64,000 nt of DNA from an uncultured bacterium (GCA_963786935.1 CAWBAN010000003.1:224001-288000), one strand, 5' to 3'. Shown: positions 52,612 through 63,284, counted from the first letter of the stretch. Program-made: numbers and translations. The notes: generated from the letters alone by a model not told the origin.

Positions 52612-54938
52612 CCGTGATCGGCAAGACGATCTCGCATTATCGTATCCTCGAAAAGCTCGGCGAGGGGGGCATGGGCGTCGTGTACAAGGCCGAGGACATG
52701 AAGCTCAAGCGTGTCGTCGCGCTCAAGTTCTTGCCCCCGGAGCTCACGCGCGACCCCGAGGCGAAGGCGCGGTTCATCCAGGAGGCGCAGGCGGCATCGG
52801 CGCTCGATCACCAGAACATCTGCAACATCCACGAGGTCGACGAGACTGCCGACGGCCAGCTCTTCATCTGCATGGCGTATTACGGGGGGGAGACGCTCAA
52901 GGAGCGGATCCGGCGGGGTCCGCTCCTCCCGGGAGAGGCCGTTCGGATCGCGACGCAGGTGGGGGAGGGGCTCGCGCAGGCGCATTCGCGCGGGATCGTT
53001 CACCGCGACATCAAGCCGGCGAACATCATCATCACGACGGACGGGGTCGCGAAGATTCTCGATTTCGGAATCGCCAAGCTCGCGGGGCAGGTGGGGCTCA
53101 CCCGGGCGTCCTCGACGCTTGGAACGGTCGCGTATATGTCTCCCGAGCAGGTCCGCGGAGACGCCGCGGACGCCCGGACCGACATTTGGTCGCTCGGCGT
53201 CGTGCTGTTCGAGATGATGACGGGGAAGGTGCCGTTCAAGGGAGAGTATGAGCAGGGGATAACGTATTCGATTCTCAACGACGAGCCGGTCTCGCTCGCC
53301 GGCGATCGCCCCGGGCCGTCGTGGCGTCTCCAGCTCATTCTGCAGAGAGCCTTGGCGAAGAATCGGGACGATCGCTATCGGAGCGTCAACGACATGGTCG
53401 CCGGCCTCAAATCGTTGCCACAGGACCTCGAGATGGAAAAGCCCGCGGCCGCGCCGGATAATCCGAGAAGATCGAGACGAGCGCTCCTCATCGGAATCGC
53501 CGCATGCATGATCCTCGCCGCCGCCATCATTCTGGGCCGCGGCTTTCTGCTCATGCCACGAGAGAAGCCCATCACCTCGATCGCCGTCCGCCCGTTCCAG
53601 AATATCTCGGCCGATCCGGAGCAGGAATATTTCTCCGATGGCATGACCGAGGCGCTCATCGCGGAGCTCTCGAAGATCAAAGCGCTCCGCGTCATCTCGC
53701 GGACCTCCGTCATGCGGTTCAAGAAGAGCGAAGCGTCGCTTCCGGAGATCGCACGACAGCTCAATGTCGATGCAGTCGTCGAAGGCTCCGTCCAGCGCGT
53801 TCATGACGACGTGCGCGTCACGGCCCAGCTCGTTCAGGCGGCGCCCGAGAAGCACCTGTGGGCGAACACGTACACGCAGAGCTTCGAGAATATTCTGGCT
53901 CTGGAGAGCGAGATCGCCCAGGCGATCGCCCGCGAGATACGCGTCACGGTGACGCCCGAGGAGCAGAAGCGGCTCGCCGCGTCGCGCCCGGTGAATCCCG
54001 CCGCGCACGAGGCGTATCTCAAGGGGCATTTCCATCTCTGGAAGTACAGAGACGGCGACGTCGAGAAGGCGATTCGGTACTTCGAAGAAGCGATTGCGAT
54101 CGATTCAATGTGCGCGCCCGCGTACGTCGACCTCGGCCACGCGTACGATTATTTCAGCGAAAGAATGCCGCCTTCCGAGTTCGCCCGCAAGGTAACTACC
54201 TATGCGCGAAAGGCCCTGAGCATCGATCCGACGATGGCGGAAGCGTACGTGCTCCTCGGAGACGTGAAGCTCAGTTATGACTGGGACTGGAAAGGAGCCG
54301 AAGCGGACTTCGGAAAGGCGATCGCATTGAATCCGAACAACGCGGTTGCACGCGCGTATTACTCCTCGTATCTCGGCGTCATGGGCAGGTTTGACGAGGC
54401 GCTGCGGGAGGCCAACCGCGCGAACGAGCTCGATCCTCTCGACTTGAATATGAAACTCATGCTCGCAAATCGATATTATTACGTTCGGCAATACGATAAA
54501 GCCGAGGCGCTATATGAAGAGATACGGAGCCTGGACAGCACCTATGCTCTCGCTTACGTGGGGCTCGGCCGCATGCGGTTCGTTCGAGGGAGATTCAAGG
54601 ACGCCGCAACGGAGTACCGCAAAGCCCTGCAGTACGATGTGGCCTACGGCAGCGAGGGGCTCGGCGCGGCTCTCGCGCGGTCGGGGAACGTGGGAGAGGC
54701 GCGAAGGGAGATCGTGCGGTTGATGCGGGAATCCGAAGCCGGGCAGCAGCGGCAGGTGTCAATCGCGGCTGCCTATCTCGCTCTCGGCGAACCCGACAGC
54801 GCGTTCCAGTGGCTTGAGAAGGCGTACGAGCTTCGCGACGGGAACCTCCCGTGGGTGAGGCTCATACCCATGTTCGACGATCTGCGCTCCGATCAGCGAT
54901 ACTTCGCGCTCATGAAGAAGCTCAAGCTCGAGCCGTGA
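52608..54938 (+). CDS. Hanks-type Ser/Thr kinase, TM, TolB-N-like domain and TPRs
   Basis: HRDIKPAN, DFG; TM; SIAVRPF..EYFSDGMTE; YDWDWKGAE; FDDLRSDQRY. Confidence 0.93.
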
Positions 54939-55110
54939 GGACGGGCATCAAGCCTTTTCACGGTGGGATACCGGAAGAACCATGAGGAGGCGTGGCCGGT
55001 CGCGAGCCTGACGCTCGGCGGCGTCATGTACAATCAGACGCAGCGAGATAATCATGCGCATCCGCGAGGGCTGCATCGCGCAGGCATTCGATGGGATGCT
55101 GCAGGTTCCG

Positions 55111-55140
55111 GCAGCCGGAATCCTCGTTGATTCCGGCCGC
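55111..55140. terminator. Stem-loop between the convergent kinase array and a small ORF
   Basis: GCAGCCGGAATC-ctcgtt-GATTCCGGCCGC; 12-bp stem on the minus transcript with one G:U pair. Confidence 0.5.
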
Positions 55141-55144
55141 TTCG

Positions 55145-55264
55145 TTACCAGAAGGGATAGATGTCACTGGAGCTTTTGCGCTTGCCCGTCTTCCTGCGGA
55201 GACGGCGTCCCAGCAACGCTCCGATCACGCCGGCTGCGGCCAGCGCCGCCCACAGATACCGCAT
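55145..55264 (-). CDS. 39-aa single-TM small protein ending DIYPFW (not in the ORF track)
   Basis: SD AAGGGAG, ATG 55264; MRYLWAALAAAGVIGALLGRRLRRKTGKRKSSSDIYPFW*; hairpin 4 nt after the stop. Confidence 0.65.
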   Translation of the reverse strand: MRYLWAALAAAGVIGALLGRRLRRKTGKRKSSSDIYPFW

Positions 55265-55354
55265 GACGCGCTCCCTTCTCGCGGAACCGCGGCGCGCGCG
55301 CCGTTCGAAGGCATTCCGGCAATTCCCGCGCCCGCCCGGGCCGCCAACATTCCT

Positions 55355-55383
55355 TTGTCAGAGAGTCGATTCTGCCCTAGAAT
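55355..55383 (+). promoter_or_regulatory. Sigma70-type promoter for the SGNH-TPR gene
   Basis: TTGTCA-17 bp-TAGAAT. Confidence 0.55.
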
Positions 55384-55423
55384 AGAACCGGGAGCGTGCC
55401 GCGTAAACTCCGAAATACGAAAT

Positions 55424-57457
55424 ATGGATGAAGAACGCGCTGTTTTGGTCCTCGGCGATTCGGCCCTCTCGAGCTTGGGGAGCTGTTTCGAGAATGCCCT
55501 TGACCGTTTCTGCGCGCGGCCGGGCTATGACGTCCCCCTCCGATTCTACAATGCGTCCGCCGTGGGGATGACGTCCGCCGATGCGTACGTCAATCTGGTC
55601 GAGATGGCGAAGCGGCGGAAGTTCGAAGCGGTCATCCTCTACGTGGGCAACTGCGACGCCAGCGCGTATGGATTCCAGAAGCCGAAAACGCTTTTCTGGC
55701 ATGGAGGATTCCACGCGCGCATGAGGAACGCGCTGTACAAGAGAATGAATCCCCTGGCGAGGGGAAGACACCCTCTTCGGTTCGTCGTCTATAAAGTCGC
55801 CGCGAATCGCCTGCGGGAGTGCGTCCCTCCCCGAGACTATGAGAGATTCATTTCGCGTATCATCGCTCACGCGGTCAAGAGGAGCATCCCGGTGATCCTG
55901 CTGAATCCCGTGCCCAAGGTCGACTTTCCTCCCTGCAATACCATGGGCAATTCCCTCTTCTACAAGATCGTGAATGTCCATGACGATCATCCGTATCGGG
56001 GGGGCGGGGCGGCGGGGGCGTTGATCGATGCGCTGTCCCTCCACGGCGCCGGCGCGTTCCCTGAGGCCCTCGCCGCCTACGGCGCGCTGGCGGGAACGCA
56101 TGGACACGACGAGATTGGCTCCATCGCGTCGAACAATGCCGGCGTCGCGCACGCCGCATTGGGGAATTGCGGCGGGGCGCTGCGCGCACTCGATTGCGTC
56201 CCGCCGATTCGCAATCCCCTCTATCCAATCGTCCTTTTCAACAAGGCGGTGATATCGATGCTCGCGGGCGACGAGGCGGAGGCTCGCAGATGCTTCCTCG
56301 CCTCCTTCGATCAGGATAGAGGGACGTATCGTATCTCGCGCGCGCATCGCGACGCCTTGAGGCGCGCTTCGGGGGATACAGGAGCGCTCGTGTCCTTCAT
56401 CGACGCCGGCGGGATTCTGTCCGATTCCGATTTCGTCGATTACTGCCACCCCGGGGAGCGGGGCCACGAGAAAATATGCGGCGAGCTGCGGGCCGCTCTC
56501 GAGAGCGCCCTGCGTCTTCGCCCCGGCGCGTGCCGGCCGCGGATCACGTACGTCCCCCTGAATCCCGACCGGTACGTGGGCGCGAAGTCGGATTTCTTCG
56601 AGCACTTCGATCTTGTCTCCGCGGTGGACGGGGCGTTCAGCCGAAAGGTCATCGCGGACGCCGAGACGATGCCGTACGAGCGCATCACCGAAATGGCGTC
56701 CGCGCCGCATGAAGATCCGCGGACCCGCGCGGGCCTCACGATAGCGGCCCATCCGCTCTTCGGATGCGCGGCGTTTCTGCGGCAATCCCCTCCCGATTCC
56801 TCGGCCGACCAGGGGCGACTCCCGGAGCTCTATTTTCTGCGCCATATGATTTCGATCTACGAGCATCTGGAAAACGATGCGGCGTTCCGTCGAATGTTCG
56901 AAGGCGTGCGGGAGATCGCACCGAAGTTCCACAAGATCGAGGTCTGGCGGGATTCACTCGCGAATTATGCGGGTCATATCGACGCGCGACGCCTCGCCGG
57001 CATCTATGCACGTCTCGATGAGGCGGAGGTGAGCCGGCGAACCGTGCACCTCCTCCGCCGGACGATCTCGCGCGAGCCGGTCGCCGACGGCAAGTATCGA
57101 ACGATGGCCCTGTGGTGGTTCAGGGAATCCCTGATATTCGGGAGCGCCTCGCATCATTCCATGCTCTTCGACCGCTTGAGCCTCCTTCAGATCGTCGATA
57201 CGTGTCTCTTCATGCTGCGGCACGCGGAGCCCGGCTCCGAGACAGCCCGGTTTTTCGAACGCGTCCTGGGTGCCGTCGGCCGGGTGCTGCTCATTCATCG
57301 GGCGCATCTCGCGCCCGTCGCCGACAAGTTCTATCTCTTTTCCGCGGAACGGCGCGCGCGGTACCGCTCGGAGCTCGAGGGGATGCTGCGATCGGAGGAG
57401 CTCTCCGCTCTCATCGCAGGTGTTGACGGATGCAGCGGGCCAGATGCCGCGCGATGA
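55424..57457 (+). CDS. SGNH/GDSL hydrolase-like protein with TPR insertion
   Basis: VLVLGDS, NASAVGMTS, YVGNCD, FVDYCHP; TPR-like helices in between. Start at ATG 55424 inside ORF 55091..57457. Confidence 0.75.
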   Translation: MDEERAVLVLGDSALSSLGSCFENALDRFCARPGYDVPLRFYNASAVGMTSADAYVNLVEMAKRRKFEAVILYVGNCDASAYGFQKPKTLFWHGGFHARMRNALYKRMNPLARGRHPLRFVVYKVAANRLRECVPPRDYERFISRIIAHAVKRSIPVILLNPVPKVDFPPCNTMGNSLFYKIVNVHDDHPYRGGGAAGALIDALSLHGAGAFPEALAAYGALAGTHGHDEIGSIASNNAGVAHAALGNCGGALRALDCVPPIRNPLYPIVLFNKAVISMLAGDEAEARRCFLASFDQDRGTYRISRAHRDALRRASGDTGALVSFIDAGGILSDSDFVDYCHPGERGHEKICGELRAALESALRLRPGACRPRITYVPLNPDRYVGAKSDFFEHFDLVSAVDGAFSRKVIADAETMPYERITEMASAPHEDPRTRAGLTIAAHPLFGCAAFLRQSPPDSSADQGRLPELYFLRHMISIYEHLENDAAFRRMFEGVREIAPKFHKIEVWRDSLANYAGHIDARRLAGIYARLDEAEVSRRTVHLLRRTISREPVADGKYRTMALWWFRESLIFGSASHHSMLFDRLSLLQIVDTCLFMLRHAEPGSETARFFERVLGAVGRVLLIHRAHLAPVADKFYLFSAERRARYRSELEGMLRSEELSALIAGVDGCSGPDAAR

Positions 57458-58598
57458 CCTCGTTGGCGAGCACCGAATAATGTCTCCCGATGAAAACGCG
57501 ATCCACGTCGCCGTTTTCCGCGCACCCGCCGAGCGCATCGAGCATGTCGGCGAATGGGTGGTTCATCCGTTCGCAATGCTCGATCAGAGGGGCATACGGC
57601 CTTACGGCGTTATCGAGAAACCGCTCGATGTCTTTCCGGAGCGGGAACAGAACGACGAGCGGCAGCGTTCCCTGCCGCCGGGCGAGCGCGCAGAATTCGT
57701 CGACGATCTTCACGGTCGTTCGCAGCGCCCGGGAGCCCTCACGGTACCTGCCGCCGCGGTCGAATACTTCGCGCCGCTTTCGATATTCGTTCGATACGAT
57801 CTTCGCCAGACGCGCGGAGGGAGCGAAATCGAGAGGCCCGCTCGAATACGCGTTCAGGTAGTAGTGATCGAGACTTCCGAGCGTCTCGAGCGCGCCGCGG
57901 CCGCCGTCGAGCAGGCGCTCGTAATGTGACAGGGTTTTCATCGGATTGGCGATCGGCATCAGGACGTCGTCCACGACCGTGAAGCCCGGCTTCGCGAGCT
58001 TGATGCCGTGATCGTACGAGTAGAAGGGTCTGAAGACGTTCAACGGCTTAAAGATGTTGCTCGACACGAACGCCAAAACGGCGACGCGCTGGCCGGCGTA
58101 GAATCCGAGGCTTTCCCGGTAACGAATGAGCATCTGGCCGGGATCGTACCCGTCGACGCCGAGATTGATCACCTCAAAGTCGGGAGAGAGCAGTTCCATC
58201 CGGCGCTGCCAGGTGTCCTCCGCCGGAACCTCCTCGCCGAACGTCAGGCAGTCGCCGAACGTCGTGATACGGATGGCGCCGGCAGCGGGAAGGTGCGGAT
58301 AATCCCTCGCGGCCCGCGCGCTTCTCGCGTTGGTCGAGTAGAGCCCGTCCCCGGAGCGGACATTCGGCCGCAGCGACCATCCGAGGATCCCATCATGCTG
58401 CATCAGCGCGCCTCTGCCGTCCTCGGCGACGAACCGTCTGATGAATCGGATGCTGGCCGCGCTCAGTTTCGGTTTTCCGCGTGGCAGGAAGTAGACGCCC
58501 GTTTTCCGGTGAATCGCGCGAAGGCAGCCGTGGCAGATCGCTTCGAACGATCCGTAGATCGCGCACGCGAGAAGGATGACGATCGTTGCTTCGCTCAT
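57411..58598 (-). CDS. Membrane-anchored SGNH-like protein with altered catalytic residues
   Basis: N-terminal TM; LGWSLRPN, STNAR, TFGDCLTFG, INLGVDGY, FIGRHYS..NE. Confidence 0.72.
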   Translation of the reverse strand: MSEATIVILLACAIYGSFEAICHGCLRAIHRKTGVYFLPRGKPKLSAASIRFIRRFVAEDGRGALMQHDGILGWSLRPNVRSGDGLYSTNARSARAARDYPHLPAAGAIRITTFGDCLTFGEEVPAEDTWQRRMELLSPDFEVINLGVDGYDPGQMLIRYRESLGFYAGQRVAVLAFVSSNIFKPLNVFRPFYSYDHGIKLAKPGFTVVDDVLMPIANPMKTLSHYERLLDGGRGALETLGSLDHYYLNAYSSGPLDFAPSARLAKIVSNEYRKRREVFDRGGRYREGSRALRTTVKIVDEFCALARRQGTLPLVVLFPLRKDIERFLDNAVRPYAPLIEHCERMNHPFADMLDALGGCAENGDVDRVFIGRHYSVLANEVIARHLARCIRQHLR

Positions 58599-58612
58599 AG
58601 CCCTCACTCGGT

Positions 58613-59704
58613 TCACCGTGGTCGGAAGCGCCTGATTCTCTCGCGAACGATATCGGGCCAGTGCCGCGGTTGAATCAACAGGCTCACGGAGAGGAAGCAC
58701 TCCTGGGTGCACATGCAGCGCTCCTCGCGGATCCAGCCGCGGATCGCGTCTCCCGCCGGAGAATTCCACAGCCGGGGGAAGTCATATGCGAACTCCCGCA
58801 CGTTTCCGAACGATCGATCGAGGAGCTCGCAGGGTCGGACCGTTCCGTCGCCGAAGATCACGCCCCCGAGCGATCCGGCGGCGCAGCGCCCCGGATAGCG
58901 CCCGTCCGCGAGCATATCCATGATCACCGTTCTCCGTGTCGCGTTCTTCGCGCTCAGCCACGCTCCCGCGATATGTCCGCGATGCCCGCCGCAGCGTTTC
59001 CCGCGGACGCGCCGGTCGATGATGCGGTGCGCCTCGGCGTAATTCCCGCGATCGATGTTGACGGCGCCGGGATCCCGGGTCTCGCCGCGCGTCACGTTCA
59101 CCATCCATTCCCCGCGGGGATTCACCCGTTCAACGACGGCCGCGACGGCCGCCACCTCGTGTTCGTTGTACAACGAGATGGTCGTGATGACGCCGATGTC
59201 GAAACTCGGATAGCGGTCCCTGAGCGTTTGGAGCTCCCGAATCGTGCGGAGCGCCCGGCCGTAGCTCCCCCTCGCGTTCCGGATGCGGTCGTGCGTCTCT
59301 TCGGTGCCGTCGAGGGAGACGTCGACGCGAAACGGCACTCGCGGATTGGCGCGCAGCATTCGCTCGGCGGATGAGACGATGAGGCCGGGTTCGAAACCGG
59401 AGGTCGGAATCTCGTACCTCTTGAGATTCGTCTTCCGAACGAGCATCTCGACGAGCCCGACGATATCCTCGCGGAGGAACGCCTCTCCGCCGGTGAGGCT
59501 CAGAAAGTACAGCGATTTGATGGAGCCGGCGAGGCGTTCGATCTCGTCGAAGCGCAGCGGCGGCCCGCCGAGGTGTTTTTCTTTCCACGCGTCGGTATAC
59601 CAGCAATGCCGGCACTTCGTCCAGCACGTGTCGCCCACGAAGAGGATCAGGTACGGCGGGGTCCTGAACGCGCGCGCGAGCGTATCGGTGAGGTGCCGGC
59701 TCAT
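58613..59704 (-). CDS. Radical SAM protein with SPASM/twitch-type C-terminus
   Basis: CWTKCRHC, LTGGEAFLR, VSLDG, CAAG..GDGTVRPCE, CMCTQEC. Confidence 0.9.
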   Translation of the reverse strand: MSRHLTDTLARAFRTPPYLILFVGDTCWTKCRHCWYTDAWKEKHLGGPPLRFDEIERLAGSIKSLYFLSLTGGEAFLREDIVGLVEMLVRKTNLKRYEIPTSGFEPGLIVSSAERMLRANPRVPFRVDVSLDGTEETHDRIRNARGSYGRALRTIRELQTLRDRYPSFDIGVITTISLYNEHEVAAVAAVVERVNPRGEWMVNVTRGETRDPGAVNIDRGNYAEAHRIIDRRVRGKRCGGHRGHIAGAWLSAKNATRRTVIMDMLADGRYPGRCAAGSLGGVIFGDGTVRPCELLDRSFGNVREFAYDFPRLWNSPAGDAIRGWIREERCMCTQECFLSVSLLIQPRHWPDIVRERIRRFRPR

Positions 59705-59717
59705 GCGACCCTTTCCG

Positions 59718-60623
59718 TCAGGCAGAATCGTTGAAGAAACGGACGTATTCGCGCCCCGTCATCGGCCTCACGGCGGCTTTCGAGAGCATGTGCTCGAACA
59801 GGGCTCGCGTCATTTCGTACCTGCGTTCCCGGTCGCGCAGATACAGTCGATGGAGGGCTTTCCTCCGTGCCGCCGCCGTCGCGGCGCCCGTTTCGGCCCC
59901 GACCAGCGCCGATCCCCGGTATGCGCTGAACTCGTAGGAGTGGAACAGATAGACGATCGGTTTTCGAATGCGCCGCGCCTCCGCGATCAGGATTTCGAAA
60001 AATGCCTTCATGAAGCCGAGGCCGCACAGATAGAGCGAACCCGAAAGAAACGGGGCGCCGAGGCAGCTCAAGGGCACGACGAGCAGCGGTGCGTCCCCCT
60101 TTCTGAAGGGAGAATCCGTTCTCGGATGATACGGGGAACGGGGGGCGGCAAGCCAGCCGGAGCAGCCCCCTTTCGAGTTCAGCACGTCGAACCGCTGTGA
60201 GCAGACCGAGAAATCGGCCTCGTACCCATGCTCGACGAGGACCCGCTGCGTTATCGACGACGTGGTCATTCCGGGCCCGCGGAAACATCGCGGCCGGATC
60301 CCCGACGCCTCCTGGAGGATTGCGGTCGATTCCGCGACGGCGTTCCGGCATTCGTCCAGCGACAATTTTGCGAAGTCGGAGCCTGCGCCGTGAGAGACGC
60401 CGTGGCACGCGATCTCATGCTCCGCCGACAGCATCTTGATCTCCTCGGCGAATGCGCGCGCCGCCTCGGCCGTGCTGAACACGGTGACGGGCAATCCGAG
60501 CGTCGCGAGATCCGCGCGCAGCCGGTGGAGGACGCTCTTCTGCCCGGCGAGATCGTGGTCCGGAGCGATCTCGAGATCGAGGGTCACGAGGAGAGGGACT
60601 GTATCGTTTCTTCCGTGAGGCAT
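59718..60623 (-). CDS. Polysaccharide deacetylase
   Basis: VTLDLE, HEIACHGVSH, FRGPG, YLFHSYE. Confidence 0.85.
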   Translation of the reverse strand: MPHGRNDTVPLLVTLDLEIAPDHDLAGQKSVLHRLRADLATLGLPVTVFSTAEAARAFAEEIKMLSAEHEIACHGVSHGAGSDFAKLSLDECRNAVAESTAILQEASGIRPRCFRGPGMTTSSITQRVLVEHGYEADFSVCSQRFDVLNSKGGCSGWLAAPRSPYHPRTDSPFRKGDAPLLVVPLSCLGAPFLSGSLYLCGLGFMKAFFEILIAEARRIRKPIVYLFHSYEFSAYRGSALVGAETGAATAAARRKALHRLYLRDRERRYEMTRALFEHMLSKAAVRPMTGREYVRFFNDSA

Positions 60624-61387
60624 GACGTTTCAATCCGCGGCGCCGCGCCGCTCCGCATTCTCCGATAGAGGATGCCCGCGAGAAAACCGGGGGCCGCGAC
60701 GACGTTGCGGTGCCACATGCGCCCCGGTTCGCGGAGAAATCGGTAGAGCCACTCAAGCCTCGCTCTTCTCATGAAGCGGGGAGCTCTCGGCTTCGCGGCG
60801 GAAACGAAATCGAAGAGACCTCCGACGTTCCAGACAAGGGAGACGCGCAGACGGTCCAGGTATTTCAGCGCGAACGTTTCCTGTTTCAGGAAGCCCCTGC
60901 CGATCAGGAGCATCCGTGCGCCGCTCCCGTTGATGCTCGATACGATGCCGTCTTCCTCGCCGGCGTCGAAATAGCCGCCGCGGCATCCCGCGATCTCGAT
61001 TCCCGGGTAGCGTCGCGATATTTCCCGGGCCGCCGATTCGGCGACATGCCGCTCCGATCCGAGACAGAAGATGCGGAGCCGCTCGCGCGACGCGCGCTCC
61101 ATGACCAACGGAAAAAGATCGGTGCCGTTGAGATCGGGCTGTCGACCGAGGCCGAGCAGCATGCAGCCGATCTTCATCCCGATACCGTCGAGAATGAGGA
61201 CGGCCTCCTTCGCGAGACGATCCCTGAAGGCCGGCTTCTTCTGGAGGTAGTAATAGTTGCACGCGTTGATGTGCGATACGACGACCGGCCGCGCCGGCGC
61301 GGCGAGCGCCAGCCCGATGAGCCAGTCGGCCGCGTTCGCGAAGCTCCCCGTCACGAGCGGAAGAGCGCCGAGGCGAATCAGCCGCAT
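60584..61387 (-). CDS. WecB/TagA/CpsF family glycosyltransferase
   Basis: DGIG, NGTDL, GYF, GRGFLKQE, VGGLFDF, RAP..LEWLYR..EPGRMW. May start further upstream at ACG 61462. Confidence 0.9.
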   Translation of the reverse strand: MRLIRLGALPLVTGSFANAADWLIGLALAAPARPVVVSHINACNYYYLQKKPAFRDRLAKEAVLILDGIGMKIGCMLLGLGRQPDLNGTDLFPLVMERASRERLRIFCLGSERHVAESAAREISRRYPGIEIAGCRGGYFDAGEEDGIVSSINGSGARMLLIGRGFLKQETFALKYLDRLRVSLVWNVGGLFDFVSAAKPRAPRFMRRARLEWLYRFLREPGRMWHRNVVAAPGFLAGILYRRMRSGAAPRIETSCLTEETIQSLSS

Positions 61388-61492
61388 GCGGCCCGCGGCG
61401 GGGCGCGGCGCCTGATGCGTGAGCGCTTCGCGCGCGAGAAGCTGTGTCGTTTCTCGGGCCGTAGTACCCTCCCGGCACAGAGCGCGGTTCAG

Positions 61493-62275
61493 CTACGTTC
61501 TCCCCCGGATCCTTCGGGTGATGCCCGTCACCACGCTTCGGGGAAGCAATCCCAGGGCGGGGACGAGAATCCTGTCCATCGTTCCGGGGATGGCGACCGT
61601 TTTACCCTTCATCATGCTTCGGTAACCGTATGCGGCTACGTTCTCGGGAGAGAGCGTACCCCTGAATCCGACGGAGCGCAACTCCCCCATTCCCGCCGCG
61701 CGCGCGAAGCCGCTCGCCGTCGGGCCGGGGCAGAGGGCGGTGACCGTGACGCCCGTGCCCTTCAATTCCTCCGCGATCGCCTCCGAAAAGGAAAGAACGT
61801 AGGCCTTCGTCGCGCAGTACACCGCCATCAGGGGGCCGGGCCTGAACGCCGCGGTCGAGGCCACGTTGAGGATTTTCCCGCGGCCGCGAGCGAGCATCCC
61901 CACGAGTGCGAGCTTCGTCAGTTCCGTGAGCGCGATGATATTGAGCGCGATCATGCGGCTTTCCGTTTCGGCGCCGGTTTCCGCGAACGTCCCGAAGAGC
62001 CCGAAGCCGGCGTTGTTGATGACCACGTCAGGCGCGATCTTTTCCCCCTCGAGATCGGCGAACACCGCGCGGGCCGAGTCGGGTCTCGATAAATCCGCCG
62101 CGATGACCTTGGCGCGGATGGGGAACGCGCCCTCCAGGTCCGCCTTGATCGCAGCGAGCGCATCCGCATCTCTCGCCACGAGGACGAGGTCGTGGCGTTC
62201 CCGCGCGAGCAGTCGCGCGAACGCGTGCCCGATGCCGCTCGTTGCGCCCGTCACCAGCGCCGTTTTATTCGTCAT
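61493..62275 (-). CDS. Short-chain dehydrogenase/reductase
   Basis: ATG 62275; TGATSGIG, NNAGFG, NVAS, YCATK, CPGPT. Confidence 0.92.
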   Translation of the reverse strand: MTNKTALVTGATSGIGHAFARLLARERHDLVLVARDADALAAIKADLEGAFPIRAKVIAADLSRPDSARAVFADLEGEKIAPDVVINNAGFGLFGTFAETGAETESRMIALNIIALTELTKLALVGMLARGRGKILNVASTAAFRPGPLMAVYCATKAYVLSFSEAIAEELKGTGVTVTALCPGPTASGFARAAGMGELRSVGFRGTLSPENVAAYGYRSMMKGKTVAIPGTMDRILVPALGLLPRSVVTGITRRIRGRT

Positions 62276-63284
62276 GGCGAGTGAGCTCCTCGAACGCCGG
62301 CCGCCCGGCGCGCCGCAAAAGCCGGAAATCCCACACGCCGCGCCAGAATCCGTAGCCGTATCCGATCTGCATGCATGCGAATACAAAGGGGACGAGGGGG
62401 AGGCGCGTCCATGCGCGCTCGCGCGCGCACAGCGCCAGCGCGGAGACGAACAGGAACAGAAGGTAGCACGCGACGAGCGCGGCGAAGAGCGGAATCGCCG
62501 GAACATAGAAGAGGCCGGCGATCAGGAACGCTCCCGCGGTTCCCAGGAACGCGGCCGGCACGAGATGGCGCACAGAAGCGGCGCCGCGGTGCTTTTCTAT
62601 CTCCCGGACTTTCCAATAGCCGTACTGGGCGTACTGCCGGAACACGGAACGAAGGTCATTCCGCGGCCGGTACCACGACCGAATACGCGGCGTCTGCCAG
62701 ATCATCCCGCCGTGCGCGATGATCCGCCGGTTGAGCTCGCCGTCCTGGTTTCGCGCCAGCTCCTCGTCGAAGAAGCCGATCTTGTCGAAGATGCCGCGCC
62801 GCCAGACGCCATAGATCACGGAATCGATGGGCCCTTCAAACGATGGGTCGTGAATGCGGGAACCGCCGACCGCGATCGGCGAATGGCATGCTACGGCGAT
62901 TGTGGAAGGCACGTAGCCCTCCGCCTCGGCGAGCTGCGGGCCGCCGACGTTGTCCGCTCCCGTTTCATTCGAAACCTCGATGCAGCACGCCACGTAGTCC
63001 TTCGCGTAGCGCGTATGCGCGTCCATTCGAATGAGAATCTCGCCGGAAGAGCGCCGGATGGCGAGATTCAGCGCGGCGGACGTCGATCGTTTCGGATTGT
63101 CGACGACGATGATCCGCGGATGCCGGGTCGAGAGCTCGCGAAGGACCTCTCGAGTGCCGTCGTCGCTCATTCCGTCGGCGACGATGATCTCGCAGTCGTG
63201 GTCCGTCGTCTCCAGCAATAAATGCAGGAGCTCCGCGATCGAGGCGATCTCGTTCCGGCATGGTATGAGAATCGACGTGTGAAT
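62265..63284 (-). CDS. GT2 glycosyltransferase (ExoA-like)
   Basis: SILIPCRNE upstream of the called TTG; ADGMSDDGT, ALNLAI, RMDAH, FDEELARNQDGE, QYAQYGYWK; the only plausible start is ATT at 63284. Confidence 0.88.
   Translation of the reverse strand: MHTSILIPCRNEIASIAELLHLLLETTDHDCEIIVADGMSDDGTREVLRELSTRHPRIIVVDNPKRSTSAALNLAIRRSSGEILIRMDAHTRYAKDYVACCIEVSNETGADNVGGPQLAEAEGYVPSTIAVACHSPIAVGGSRIHDPSFEGPIDSVIYGVWRRGIFDKIGFFDEELARNQDGELNRRIIAHGGMIWQTPRIRSWYRPRNDLRSVFRQYAQYGYWKVREIEKHRGAASVRHLVPAAFLGTAGAFLIAGLFYVPAIPLFAALVACYLLFLFVSALALCARERAWTRLPLVPFVFACMQIGYGYGFWRGVWDFRLLRRAGRPAFEELTRHDE

Noticed and set aside
54940..55110. Possible gene remnant after the kinase array (GAGGAGG followed by a short frame)
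   Set aside because: Too short, with no recognisable motif; cannot be supported without a search.
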